Source: a virus (lineage: Duplodnaviria > Caudoviricetes). Taken from it: a stretch of DNA of 64,000 nucleotides. Shown in pieces: positions 17,355 to 26,969 of this stretch. Each line of letters opens with the position of its first letter. Within the stretch, counting starts at the first letter, position 1. The translations under genes were made by a program, and so were the position numbers. Where the stretch lies: positions 1-64,000 of the IMG/VR virus record IMGVR_UViG_3300001598_000043; one strand, 5' to 3'. Below the pieces are notes generated by a model. That model ran no database searches. It saw only the letters and a list, made by a program, of their open reading frames with translations, and was not told the origin of the DNA.

Positions 17355-17458
17355 CCTCTTCCTCTTCTGGCTCTGGACACATTAAGTCACATAATTCTTC
17401 TGCATCTTTCCACTCACGTTCCGTAAAACCAAAATATTTACATAACTCTACTGTCTTT

Positions 17459-17956
17459 TCATTCATCTTTGCACTCCATCATTAAGACTGATTCAATGAT
17501 AACTTTTGGGTTTGTTTCATACTTGATATTATACTGTAATTTTATGATTACGTCCAATAAATCTTTGCATCTACCAAACTCATAATCACCATACTGATTG
17601 ATTTCTGATTCATATAATGATGGCATCTCAAGATAATCAAAATTTCTTAATATATCATACTTACAGATATCTAACAAAAACTTCATATAAGTCTGCACAA
17701 ACTGTTTTAAATCCTTTCCACTCATATGAATGTTTTCAATTATCTCAATTACTTTATCTGACTTACAATCCATAATTGCATCGTTAAGTCTGAACATTGT
17801 TTCATAATCTGCAACACCCAATGATTTAATTACATTATCCAAAGTTAAATCTGTACTATATGATAGACATTTATCCATAAGTGTGATTGCATCTCTCATA
17901 CCACCTGAACTAATTTTTGCAATGTAATCTATTGCGTTTTCTTCATACGTTATCAT
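17459..17956 (-). CDS. dnaX: DnaX (gamma/tau) C-terminal piece (lid and collar domains)
   Basis: ITYEENAIDYIAKISSGGMRDAITLMDKC continues the DnaX fold; own GGAGG RBS lies inside the endonuclease 3' end. Confidence 0.85.
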   Translation of the reverse strand: MITYEENAIDYIAKISSGGMRDAITLMDKCLSYSTDLTLDNVIKSLGVADYETMFRLNDAIMDCKSDKVIEIIENIHMSGKDLKQFVQTYMKFLLDICKYDILRNFDYLEMPSLYESEINQYGDYEFGRCKDLLDVIIKLQYNIKYETNPKVIIESVLMMECKDE

Positions 17957-18656
17957 CTATATACCTCCAATGTAATTTACCCGCACTATTTCCAAATCTT
18001 GCGGCTTTGCTTAAATTTCCTATACCTGTTAATTCTGTGGCTTGTGTGACAGTATCATAAACTACCCCAGTTTCTATGCATTGTATTCTTTTGCAATTAG
18101 ATGGTCTAATTCCTTTATGATGTTCACTCATTCGTTGTTTAGATTCCTCATTATGATGAAATTCACCAACTTTTCTAATATATTTTGCAACTCTCGGGTC
18201 ATCTTTAGTCAAACCCTTATTCCACGGTATTTGATTATGTTTTCTGTTGGAGTAAACTCCATTTTGCCAATGTTTTTTAACTGTTTTAGATATTGCAAAT
18301 TTCTGCTCATCTGTTATGTGTCGATTTCGTAAAGTTTCTTTGTATTCATCTGTGTGATGATATCCATTAGTACCCTCACCACCTAAACACTCATTGTATC
18401 CAAAATCTCTATTAGTTAAATTATATTCTGCAATTAGTTGTTTTTCCATAATACAAGCATCTTCTAAAGAGAGATTCTCTGCCATTATTATATGTTCAAT
18501 ATTATCCCAACCATATTTCAATATAGCATTATAAAAATGAGGGCTACTTGCATAACCATATCCATTTTTCCATCGTGTCTTCGGATTTTGTTTTGTTATA
18601 CCAACATATCTCTTATTATTAGGCGCTACGTGCATGTATACATAATAACCGTTCAT
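17943..18656 (-). mobile_element. Free-standing GIY-YIG homing endonuclease (NUMOD3/NUMOD1-type tail) inserted in dnaX
   Basis: YVY...YVGIT...RW...E..LI...GYN catalytic domain; HTDEYKE/HNEESKQRMS repeats; KRIQCIETGVVYDT C-terminus. Confidence 0.88.
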
Positions 18657-18687
18657 TTAGTCACCTCGCTAGTTTTGTTATATAATA

Positions 18688-18716
18688 ATTATATTATAAA
18701 GATAGCAGTATGTAAA
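18688..18716 (-). promoter_or_regulatory. Promoter brought in with the endonuclease
   Basis: TTTACA-17-TATAAT in the 64-nt gap after the dnaX-N stop. Confidence 0.65.
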
Positions 18717-18720
18717 TAAA

Positions 18721-19251
18721 CTATTTCATATTCTCCTTATCTATAATATACTTCAATCTACTTACAATACCCTGCTGACTAATTCTGGTAAAATCATATC
18801 TCTGCACTCTTGAAAGAATAGTTTTTGGTATCTTCTGTGGGTCTGTTGTTGCAAAGATAAAAATAGTCTTTGCTGGTGGTTCTTCAATTAACTTTAACAT
18901 AGCATTCCAAGCACTGTTTGATAACATATGACATTCATCAAGAATGTATATTTTATATTCACTATCCAAACTCTGCATCTTTGCCTGTTGAATAATGTTT
19001 CTGATATCTTCAACTGAATTGTTACTAGCCGCATCCATCTCAATTGGATTACCCTTAAATTGATTTATTTCATTTGCAAAGATTCTTGCACAAGTTGTCT
19101 TACCTGTACCAGCACCACCACAAAATAGGTAACAATTCTTAATTGTACCAGTCTTTAACTGTTCTTTTAAAATTACTTTAATCGCATCTTGTTCCGTAAC
19201 ATCATCAAATGTTTTCGGTCTATATTCAATTGCTAAACTCTTACTTGCCAT
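18721..19251 (-). CDS. dnaX: DnaX (gamma/tau) N-terminal AAA+ piece
   Basis: LAIEYRPKTFDDV, GGAGTGKTT, DAASNNSVEDIR, ILDECHML, NAMLKLIEEPP, TILSRVQR. Confidence 0.92.
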   Translation of the reverse strand: MASKSLAIEYRPKTFDDVTEQDAIKVILKEQLKTGTIKNCYLFCGGAGTGKTTCARIFANEINQFKGNPIEMDAASNNSVEDIRNIIQQAKMQSLDSEYKIYILDECHMLSNSAWNAMLKLIEEPPAKTIFIFATTDPQKIPKTILSRVQRYDFTRISQQGIVSRLKYIIDKENMK

Positions 19252-19262
19252 AACTAACTCTC

Positions 19263-19502
19263 CTACTCGTGTAGTATGTATCTTGCATATGTTACTGTGT
19301 TACCATATCTATTTCTGCAAGTCTCATCAACAGTTTCAATATTTAAAGTATCATCTTTTCTTAAATTCCACACAACAGCCGCAAGTCTTGTAATTCCGTA
19401 TCTTTCAAAAGCTTCGATACTTGTTATACTTCCCTCATCTCTTAAATGTTTTAAAACAACCTGTGCCTGTGACTTACTTTCTATCTTCTCTTTGTTAATC
19501 AT
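19263..19502 (-). CDS. Winged-HTH protein
   Basis: VLKHL..EGSITSIEAFERYGITRLAAVVWNLRK. Confidence 0.7.
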   Translation of the reverse strand: MINKEKIESKSQAQVVLKHLRDEGSITSIEAFERYGITRLAAVVWNLRKDDTLNIETVDETCRNRYGNTVTYARYILHE

Positions 19503-19848
19503 TATTTCTCTCCTCTTCTCTCAAATAATTTTCAAGTTTTTTAAATAGTTTCTCATTGATGATAAAATGCTGTTTTCCGTCACCAAAATCAAATACAACT
19601 GTGGAATAAGGTTTATTCATAGCAAAGGCTTCTTCTTCGTTCTTCTTTATCCAATCACGTTTAATTGTAAAATTATCTCTTTCTTTGGTAACGGTTTTAG
19701 CCTCAACTAAAAATAAATCTGTTAATACATCACCCTTTATAAATGCCGTTGCACCACTATTTGATGTCTGTTTACCACCCAATGACTTTGCAATCTTCTT
19801 CTCTTGCTGGTCACTGTAAAATCTTGTTGGTCTATTTGGTTTCAACAT
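19495..19848 (-). CDS. PD-(D/E)xK nuclease, Holliday-resolvase-like
   Basis: QEKKIAK...SGA...KGDV...LVEAKT. Confidence 0.7.
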   Translation of the reverse strand: MLKPNRPTRFYSDQQEKKIAKSLGGKQTSNSGATAFIKGDVLTDLFLVEAKTVTKERDNFTIKRDWIKKNEEEAFAMNKPYSTVVFDFGDGKQHFIINEKLFKKLENYLREEERNND

Positions 19849-19964
19849 TTTTCTCGTTCTCCATATACATCTTGGCAGTCTCTTTTACTATCTTTAATTT
19901 AAGAACATCGTCAATCTCTGCACCTACCATCTTTGCATACTTATCAACGTAATCCTTAAAATTT

Positions 19965-20564
19965 TCATTCTCTTGATATAACTTTTGCATCTGCCATCTC
20001 CTTAAACTTATCAAAAAATTTTCTACTAGCCGTATAATCAGCCATATGTACTAATTTGCATACACGTACTATTTCTTCGTCATTTGAAAAGTCTAATAGT
20101 CTCGCTGATTTACTTCCCCACTGACCCATATGTTTCACTATGCCAGCATACACACAATCTACATAGGATGGTCGTATATTATCTAAACTTAATATGTACT
20201 TTACCCATTCATCAGCTGCTATTAAATCGTGTGTAGTTACAGTATAACCACAATCCGTGTATCCGTGTTTAAATGTGTCGTGTAATATACAAGCAGCTAT
20301 TACACTATCCTGTATATCTTCACTAAAATCAAACTCTTCTAATCGCATTAATTCGTTTGCAACTTCCACAACCATTTTTGTATGTTTCACCAATCCGTGT
20401 TCACCTACGGTAATACTGGGATGATACTTGCCACTACTTGAAGCTGGCACTGTCCAAAAATAATCAGGTACTTTGCACTCTAAAAAGGTAATAACTTTTT
20501 TACGTAGATTTGCATCTTGTATCATATTTAATTCGTCTTTAAGTAATCCTATTACACTACTCAT
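19965..20564 (-). CDS. HD-domain phosphohydrolase
   Basis: PASSSGKYHP, GLVKHT, ILHD, HMG, VHMADY. Confidence 0.85.
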   Translation of the reverse strand: MSSVIGLLKDELNMIQDANLRKKVITFLECKVPDYFWTVPASSSGKYHPSITVGEHGLVKHTKMVVEVANELMRLEEFDFSEDIQDSVIAACILHDTFKHGYTDCGYTVTTHDLIAADEWVKYILSLDNIRPSYVDCVYAGIVKHMGQWGSKSARLLDFSNDEEIVRVCKLVHMADYTASRKFFDKFKEMADAKVISRE

Positions 20565-20919
20565 AAATAACCTCACTGTTCATAATACCATTATAAATAA
20601 AATTGTCCAGGACTTTTCTCTGAATATGATTTGGTTTTCCCATATAACCTTGACTCCAAACCATCAAACATCCAGTTTCTTCCATCAGCCAATCACCAAA
20701 ATCTACCCATTTTTCTTTTGGACACAACTTATAAAACACATCATCATGAGAACACTTGTGCTTTTGCATCATTATGTTCACAAGTTTCTCTTGATGACTG
20801 GGTACTGCATATTCAACCTTGCCACTTGGATGTACAATGACTTCAAGATAGTTAATAAATGTTGACATATGTTTCTGTATATCAAAATCAGAATAAACAC
20901 TATAGTTACTCATTAACAA
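20557..20919 (-). CDS. Hypothetical protein
   Basis: 120 aa, AVPSHQEKL. Confidence 0.6.
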   Translation of the reverse strand: MLMSNYSVYSDFDIQKHMSTFINYLEVIVHPSGKVEYAVPSHQEKLVNIMMQKHKCSHDDVFYKLCPKEKWVDFGDWLMEETGCLMVWSQGYMGKPNHIQRKVLDNFIYNGIMNSEVIYE

Positions 20920-21499
20920 TCACATCCTCACGTTCTTCTATAGCACTCTTAATAACCCATCCTTCCCAAGTTATCTCACGCAATCTCTTACGATACTCAC
21001 CAACTGCTTTCTTGAGTTCCGTATCATTCTCGAATGGATTAACATAGTTGTGACCACCACACTCTGGACCCATTCCAAAATATCTACTAACAGGATTTGT
21101 AATCTGTCTTCCACAACACATACAATGTGATGTCTGCTCCTGTAAGATATCAGCGTGTAACTTCATATAAACCATACCTTTGGTCTCTTTAACTACACTT
21201 CCAACCATAACTCTCATTGGCATTGGAATATCATTGTTCCACTTCTTCATAAAATCAAATGTTCCAGAAGATTTCTTTGTCATATACTGACGAACCTTAA
21301 TCTTTGTAAGAGCACTTGTAGATACGTCCACAACCTTGTTATTTGACTCATTTTCAACTGTTTTCTTATTAGACTGTAAAAGAATACTAACAGGACCTTT
21401 AACTGTCTTAAAATCGAAATTTGATGCATCTAAACCATTATTAAATTCAATGTTATTAATAGTAACTAAACCGTTCCAATTCTTAATAGCGTTTACCAT
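20906..21499 (-). CDS. Hypothetical protein with Zn ribbon (CxxCGR..T...S...G.GPEC)
   Basis: HCMCCGRQITNPVSRYFGMGPEC. Confidence 0.6.
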   Translation of the reverse strand: MVNAIKNWNGLVTINNIEFNNGLDASNFDFKTVKGPVSILLQSNKKTVENESNNKVVDVSTSALTKIKVRQYMTKKSSGTFDFMKKWNNDIPMPMRVMVGSVVKETKGMVYMKLHADILQEQTSHCMCCGRQITNPVSRYFGMGPECGGHNYVNPFENDTELKKAVGEYRKRLREITWEGWVIKSAIEEREDVIVNE

Positions 21500-21549
21500 A
21501 GTAGTGTCTCCTCTCGTTTTTAAAGTTTTTCAAGTATCTTTGGTGTAGG

Positions 21550-21885
21550 TTAATTAAACTCTACACCAAATGCCTTATCCATTACTGAATAAAATCCTAA
21601 TCCCTTAAATGATGGATTGTGATAAGTGTTGTAATCCACAAAATTGAGGAATCTTCTCACCTTATCATCTGTCTGCTTGCAACAGATGTCTAAATCTGAA
21701 AACCAACAATCTTCATCAGTATTGTCTCTGATATACTCATCAACTTTATCGTTAGTCATTGTTGCTCTATGCTTTCCAAATTCATCCTCAAGTTCAACCA
21801 TCATTATTACATTGTTCTCAAAATACTCTCTTGTCATTGTCATAATACTGTTCTCCTTTTGACTAATAAGATTGACTATATTCAC
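21550..21885 (-). CDS. Hypothetical early protein
   Basis: Directly behind the 21907 promoter. Confidence 0.55.
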   Translation of the reverse strand: MNIVNLISQKENSIMTMTREYFENNVIMMVELEDEFGKHRATMTNDKVDEYIRDNTDEDCWFSDLDICCKQTDDKVRRFLNFVDYNTYHNPSFKGLGFYSVMDKAFGVEFN

Positions 21886-21906
21886 AAATCGTCTTTCGAC
21901 ATAAAC

Positions 21907-21935
21907 ATTGTATCAAACTATTCTATATTTGTCAA
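21907..21935 (-). promoter_or_regulatory. Consensus sigmaA promoter (repeated cassette type)
   Basis: TTGACA-aatatagaatagtttga-TACAAT. Confidence 0.8.
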
Positions 21936-21942
21936 CAGTTAT

Positions 21943-21968
21943 AAAAAGGGAAGTTTTTACACTCCCCT
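21943..21968 (-). terminator. Terminator after recA
   Basis: AGGGGAGT-gtaaaa-ACTTCCCT followed by TTTT. Confidence 0.7.
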
Positions 21969-21973
21969 AATTA

Positions 21974-23017
21974 TTAATCTTCTGTTATTTTACTCTCAAT
22001 GTATGATTCAATCTTGACCAATGTTTCTGTGTTCTCGTCATCTGCCAGGAAATCATATACTCTTGACTGTCCTTGTAGTTTTTCTACTACCTCACCTGTC
22101 TCTGGGTCGATAATACTAAACCAAGCACCAGCTTTGTCAATTAATCCATACTTAATTGCAACCTCAACCAAGTCTTTTAAATAGTCAATACCTGTCAAGT
22201 AATTAATTGTGTAATAACCTGTACGTCTTGTAGGTGGACAAGTCTTATTCTTTACCATAGACACCATTACAATATTGCCAGCTGGGTTTTCTGCACCTCT
22301 CGTTAATTCATTTCCCTTATCATCAAGATACTTACCCATTCTAAATTCAAGTCTCACTGCACAATTGTGTTTCCAAGCTTGACCACCAGTTGTAGTCATA
22401 CCACCAAACTGACTGTTCAGATTAGCTCTCATCTGATTAATACCAATGATTGTACAATTATGTTTCTTACACGACATCTCTGCTTTCTTACTAAAATTAG
22501 TAAGTGCCATTGCAATACCACCGTAGGTTTTATCTTCCACAGACTTCTCTAATGCTTGATTAGATACCATTACACCCAATGAATCTAATATAACTAATCC
22601 TATCTCACCTGTGTCTATCATCTTTAACATCTTCTCAAAGATTGTCTCTGCACCTTGATTTGTAGGATTAAATATATAGAAATTTTCATCCTCTACATCT
22701 ACACCAAGCTTTGTTGCCCATACTGTATCAAGTGTGTTTTCAAAATCACCATACACAACACCTCTTGGATTTTCTTCGTTTCTCTGCATATTCTGAAAGT
22801 TTGCAACAACATCCAAAGCAGTAGTGGTTTTTCCACCGTGTTCTTCACCATAGAATTCTATTAATTTACCCATCGGTATTCCACCGAATGTCATATAATT
22901 CAATCTAGGACTTGTAAAGGGAATTCTAACATAATCATAAGATGCCAATCCTTGATGAACCAATTCTTCTTTGAATTCCTTATTTATCTCCTTCATCAAT
23001 TCCTGCATTTTTGACAT
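21974..23017 (-). CDS. recA: RecA-family recombinase
   Basis: GGIPMGKLIEFYGEEHGGKTT, ILDSLG, INQMR, TTTGGQAWKH, KNKT. Confidence 0.93.
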   Translation of the reverse strand: MSKMQELMKEINKEFKEELVHQGLASYDYVRIPFTSPRLNYMTFGGIPMGKLIEFYGEEHGGKTTTALDVVANFQNMQRNEENPRGVVYGDFENTLDTVWATKLGVDVEDENFYIFNPTNQGAETIFEKMLKMIDTGEIGLVILDSLGVMVSNQALEKSVEDKTYGGIAMALTNFSKKAEMSCKKHNCTIIGINQMRANLNSQFGGMTTTGGQAWKHNCAVRLEFRMGKYLDDKGNELTRGAENPAGNIVMVSMVKNKTCPPTRRTGYYTINYLTGIDYLKDLVEVAIKYGLIDKAGAWFSIIDPETGEVVEKLQGQSRVYDFLADDENTETLVKIESYIESKITED

Positions 23018-23306
23018 TTTCGTATTCCTCCATAACTATTTTTCTTGCCAATTCGGTATCAAAGTTTGTTGGACTTCTCCATTTTTTAGATAGTTTCTCT
23101 GCATAATCCATATACCACTGTGCCTTACTCATATCCTGTTCCATTGGATTATCGTCTTTACTACCAGCTCTATATAGATACTTATAAGCCGTGATATAAC
23201 ACCAAACCGTAGTAAACTTTGGGCCAAACTTCTCTTCCATTTCAACAATACATTCTTTTCTTCCACTCTGATTATAATGAGATGGGTGATTTACCTGTTC
23301 TTTCAA
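22980..23306 (-). CDS. DUF3310-like protein
   Basis: QVNHPSHYNQ..ECI...KYLYRAGSKD...QDMSKAQWY. Confidence 0.75.
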   Translation of the reverse strand: MKEQVNHPSHYNQSGRKECIVEMEEKFGPKFTTVWCYITAYKYLYRAGSKDDNPMEQDMSKAQWYMDYAEKLSKKWRSPTNFDTELARKIVMEEYENVKNAGIDEGDK

Positions 23307-23639
23307 CTATATAACCTCCTTAAATATGTTTATAATAATTGGTTTTCTATCGTCTGATATATAATCTAATGCTCTTATTGTATTAAAATCTATCCACTCT
23401 ACAGATTCTTCAAAACTCCATCCTTGTGTCTCGATTAAATACTCAACCATTAAATCAAAATCATATACTGCTCTTCCATCTTCTGACACTCCCACAATTG
23501 CAGTTTCATAATCAAAATTTCTGAATACCATTATTTCGTCTGGGTCGTATCCGTTATTCTCTAACAGTATTTTTACTCTGTCAATATTATTTCCTTCGCA
23601 TAAGGTAGACTCTCTATCCATTTGCAAAATTCCATCCAC
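23307..23639 (-). CDS. Hypothetical protein (start uncertain)
   Basis: YETAIVGVSEDGRAVYDFDLMV...EWIDFNTIRAL. Confidence 0.55.
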   Translation of the reverse strand: MDGILQMDRESTLCEGNNIDRVKILLENNGYDPDEIMVFRNFDYETAIVGVSEDGRAVYDFDLMVEYLIETQGWSFEESVEWIDFNTIRALDYISDDRKPIIINIFKEVI

Positions 23640-24268
23640 TCTGTAAGTTTATGGTCTTTTCTCCAAGTATAAATATTCTTCAATACTTCGTAATTTAACA
23701 TCAGTGTTCGTTTCTGATTGTATGATGATGGTAACAACTGAATCATCTGTTCCCAATATGATTTCTTTCTTATTGCAAATTCTTCATCAGTCTCACCGTC
23801 AAGTTTCTCTGCATTATTAAATCTGTCTCTGTTCTCGTTCAAGAATGCAAGTACTGTATTAATACAAGCCATAGATTCTTGAGTTAACCTATCTGTACTA
23901 AAGTCAATTGGTTCAAACTCTTTTGCGTGTATCTTATGCATTGTACTACAACTATCTGCAACTGTACCAACTTTGTACGTATCAAATTCTTTCCACCAAT
24001 ATAGTGGTGCATTAACATCTACATACACTGCAATCATTCTTCTATACTTTGCATGTACTGGGCCTCCATTAGCTAATACATTAGCTAGTTTTAAATCATT
24101 CTCTCCCATTACATATGCATATCCTAATCCATTAGAACATCCACTGCCATCATAGTCTTCAAAGTCTACCCATCCACTGTCACTTTTATCCCAACTGTTT
24201 TTAGGGTTTCTCATCCCTCTGATTGCGTGTTCCCAACCTACTACAACATAATCACTTATCTCAATCAT
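23573..24268 (-). CDS. ThyX-like (flavin-dependent thymidylate synthase fold) protein
   Basis: HAKYRRMI, APLYWWKEFDTY, SCSTMH, QLLPSSYNQKRT...NYEVL...RKDHKL.EW; the canonical RHRx7S motif is not present. Confidence 0.55.
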   Translation of the reverse strand: MIEISDYVVVGWEHAIRGMRNPKNSWDKSDSGWVDFEDYDGSGCSNGLGYAYVMGENDLKLANVLANGGPVHAKYRRMIAVYVDVNAPLYWWKEFDTYKVGTVADSCSTMHKIHAKEFEPIDFSTDRLTQESMACINTVLAFLNENRDRFNNAEKLDGETDEEFAIRKKSYWEQMIQLLPSSYNQKRTLMLNYEVLKNIYTWRKDHKLTEWMEFCKWIESLPYAKEIILTE

Positions 24269-24471
24269 TACTCATCCTCACTATCTGAATAACCCATTAC
24301 GATATTCATTACTTTCACACCATACATCATAAGTACCATCTGCACTTCAAATGGTAAATCCTTAAACTCTTCTCGTGCTTCTGTAATACCTTTCATAAAG
24401 TCTGTACCTGTGATTGTAACTTCCTTACTTAATTTCTTTTCAGCATTAGCTATTCTTGATGTTTCAAACAT
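24268..24471 (-). CDS. Hypothetical protein
   Basis: 67 aa, overlapping start/stop. Confidence 0.55.
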   Translation of the reverse strand: MFETSRIANAEKKLSKEVTITGTDFMKGITEAREEFKDLPFEVQMVLMMYGVKVMNIVMGYSDSEDE

Positions 24472-24483
24472 TTTTCTGTCCTC

Positions 24484-25017
24484 CTAATTAGATAATCTTG
24501 TTAACTCTATTTCTTGCATTCGTCTACTTAACACTTTCTTAACTGATGATAATAACTCCTGAGCATTATCAACTTTGGATTTCATAGTCTTATATGCTCT
24601 GTTGTAACATACATTAGTTAATTGTTCATGTTGTGATGACAACTCTGCAAAAGTATCTTTATCTGCAACTGTTCCACCTTGTCTTGACTCTCGTGAACTG
24701 TTATAAGTTTCTCTATATAATGCCTTACTGATATCATCTCGTATTCCCAAGTTCTCACACATTCCACCAGCAAAGTAGATATATGTAGCTAAGTTCATAC
24801 AAAAGTCTTCGAGTTCATTATTAGTCGGTGGATTGTTTCCGTCCTTTAAACAATCTGCAATGAATCTAACATAATTGTCTAAATCCTTACAATAAGGAAA
24901 GATGATATCTTTTACAATATCATCTATCGTAGCTGAATTATCCTCGACTCTTAATCGAATATCTTTAATCTTATCAATTACAATGTTCTCATAAATATTA
25001 TCTTTACTCATCTGCAC
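24484..25017 (-). CDS. Helical hypothetical protein, possible recombination mediator (UvsY-like)
   Basis: Coiled-coil pattern upstream of recA; family is a guess. Confidence 0.35.
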   Translation of the reverse strand: MQMSKDNIYENIVIDKIKDIRLRVEDNSATIDDIVKDIIFPYCKDLDNYVRFIADCLKDGNNPPTNNELEDFCMNLATYIYFAGGMCENLGIRDDISKALYRETYNSSRESRQGGTVADKDTFAELSSQHEQLTNVCYNRAYKTMKSKVDNAQELLSSVKKVLSRRMQEIELTRLSN

Positions 25018-25022
25018 TCCTC

Positions 25023-25859
25023 TTATCTGTCGTACTCTTCATTGAATGACTCTTCAAATATATAAGCATTTGAATCCTTTGTCAAAGAATCTGTACCTCT
25101 GATTGCAAAAATAACTTTGTTAAAAGCATTGGCTTCTTTAAGTACCTTTGCAAAACACTTTGCAACTATTCTTGGGTCCTGTCCAAATGCACCACAACCC
25201 CAAGCACCTAATATAATTGTATCTACATTATGACTCTGTGCAGACACTAAAAACTTACGAATTCTATTCAGATATATTCTCTCTGCACTTGCATCCTTAA
25301 TACGTGTATTAGGAGCAGGACACGTAATTACATCTACCATCAGAGGTCTAATAATCTCATAATTGATATCATCTTTAAATACCAATACATTTGGTGAATA
25401 GATTATTGTATCTGTATAAATGTGGTCATTTGTATATGCTACGTCATAATCATTGATATCATAGTAATCTGGACAAGATATAAGTGACTCATAAAGATTT
25501 GAACATCTACAAATATTCTCTTCTTGTGTAGTACCACCAACTTCTACTAATCCACCAGGTACAAGTGCATCTGCAAAATTCAACATTGCAACTCTCTTAC
25601 CCATATTACCAATCTTCTCTGAATAAGCAGTCTCTACTGTTCCGCCTGTAATGAATGATATAGACTGATTAAATCCATCAACGTCATTTAATCTAACATC
25701 GTCATCATACTCAAGTACCTCAGAATCCTTTATTAATTTGTCAGTAGCTTTCTTGAATTTGTTCTGACTCAACTTTCGTGTGTCATTAAAGATTGTAACT
25801 AAATTATTAAAGTTTGGATGTGTTTTAAACCAATTAGATGTGTAAAATGTCATAAGCAA
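25023..25859 (-). CDS. TIGR02452/DUF2263-type macrodomain, bacterial PARG-like ADP-ribose glycohydrolase
   Basis: LNFADALVPGG...GGTTQEENICRCS, DVITCPAPN, LGAWGCGAFGQDP. Confidence 0.85.
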   Translation of the reverse strand: MLMTFYTSNWFKTHPNFNNLVTIFNDTRKLSQNKFKKATDKLIKDSEVLEYDDDVRLNDVDGFNQSISFITGGTVETAYSEKIGNMGKRVAMLNFADALVPGGLVEVGGTTQEENICRCSNLYESLISCPDYYDINDYDVAYTNDHIYTDTIIYSPNVLVFKDDINYEIIRPLMVDVITCPAPNTRIKDASAERIYLNRIRKFLVSAQSHNVDTIILGAWGCGAFGQDPRIVAKCFAKVLKEANAFNKVIFAIRGTDSLTKDSNAYIFEESFNEEYDR

Positions 25860-25944
25860 CTACCTCCGTTTTTCAACTGTTTTAACTCTCTTACTTGATT
25901 GTGTTTATTATAGTGTGTTATCGCATCACACATATAAGGAAGAC

Positions 25945-26223
25945 TTATCGAATGTCGAATCTTACATAAGTAGAAGACTTGAGATATTTGTTGTATGTCT
26001 CTGGTTCTTCCTCTTTAAGTTTTTTAGAATCAAGTGCCTGTCTCTCAACTGGTACATAATGTAATCTAAAATCACCTGTATCAATACAATCAACTTTTCT
26101 CTCATCTAATTCAGATTTGAGTGAATCCTTAATCTCATCCTTAAGGGCTTCTAACTCTTTAATCTTTGCTTCGAGTTCTTTAATTTCCATTACTTTGTGA
26201 TTAATCATTGTGTTTGTCATCAT
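25945..26223 (-). CDS. Hypothetical early protein, loosely similar to 50373..50774
   Basis: Coiled coil, then R..LDxxKL motif. Confidence 0.55.
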   Translation of the reverse strand: MMTNTMINHKVMEIKELEAKIKELEALKDEIKDSLKSELDERKVDCIDTGDFRLHYVPVERQALDSKKLKEEEPETYNKYLKSSTYVRFDIR

Positions 26224-26279
26224 ATTGACTTCCTCCGTTTTTCAAGTGTTTTAAGTTGTCTATGTCTTTCGACATTATC

Positions 26280-26308
26280 ATTATAACATTATATTAAATG
26301 TTTGTCAA
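26280..26308 (-). promoter_or_regulatory. Consensus sigmaA promoter
   Basis: TTGACA-17-TATAAT. Confidence 0.75.
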
Positions 26309-26793
26309 CTGTACTGAATTTCTGCAATATGGGATATTTTGTTAACAAAGTCATTCATATCATAATCAAACATAACTCTCTTCTTTTTACCTTTGATTTC
26401 CACCCAATCTAAATCACTCATAGTACGTATGTTAACACTTTTTAATCCTTGTTCTTTATAAGTCTGTAAACGGTCTATTGGTATGAATATGGTTTTATCG
26501 TGGTCAATAAACCACACAAGAATACCCGCACAGACACCTTTTATCTTACTCATTTCTAACAACCCATCCCACTGACGTTCTGTTATGCAAGAAAATGGCA
26601 ATGTGTTTCCGTAGTGGCATTTACACTCAATAAAAAACTGAACTGGATAATGGTAAACTATAAAATCACATATGTTGGCAACACCAGCATACCCACCCAT
26701 ACTGTCTTGCAATCTATATACGGATGTGTCTGGCACTTTTTCAAAATCACCTCTTACTTGAGTTTCAAACTTCTTACCACGATTCTCACTCAA
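26305..26793 (-). CDS. recU: RecU-like Holliday junction resolvase
   Basis: NRGKKFE, CDF, FIECK, TLPFSCITERQ. Confidence 0.85.
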   Translation of the reverse strand: MSENRGKKFETQVRGDFEKVPDTSVYRLQDSMGGYAGVANICDFIVYHYPVQFFIECKCHYGNTLPFSCITERQWDGLLEMSKIKGVCAGILVWFIDHDKTIFIPIDRLQTYKEQGLKSVNIRTMSDLDWVEIKGKKKRVMFDYDMNDFVNKISHIAEIQYS

Positions 26794-26968
26794 TGTCTAT
26801 TACCTCTTTAATCTTATCAACACACTCATCACATAAGTCTATATTATTTAGTACTGTATTATCTGCAAAACCTCTACTGTCTTTAACACTATATATCTTT
26901 AATCTTCTTACTTTGTTAATATCATTTACTACATTCTTGCATCTATTACACTGAATTACTACTGCCAT
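26786..26968 (-). CDS. Small Zn-finger hypothetical protein
   Basis: CNRC...DLCDEC. Confidence 0.55.
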   Translation of the reverse strand: MAVVIQCNRCKNVVNDINKVRRLKIYSVKDSRGFADNTVLNNIDLCDECVDKIKEVIDIE

Positions 26969-26969
26969 A

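Noticed and set aside
17943-18720. Group I intron or intein explanation for the dnaX interruption
   Set aside because: There is only 64 nt of non-coding sequence and it is a promoter/RBS. No P3/P7 elements, a stop codon, a frame change and a new RBS are present, and there are no intein splice residues.
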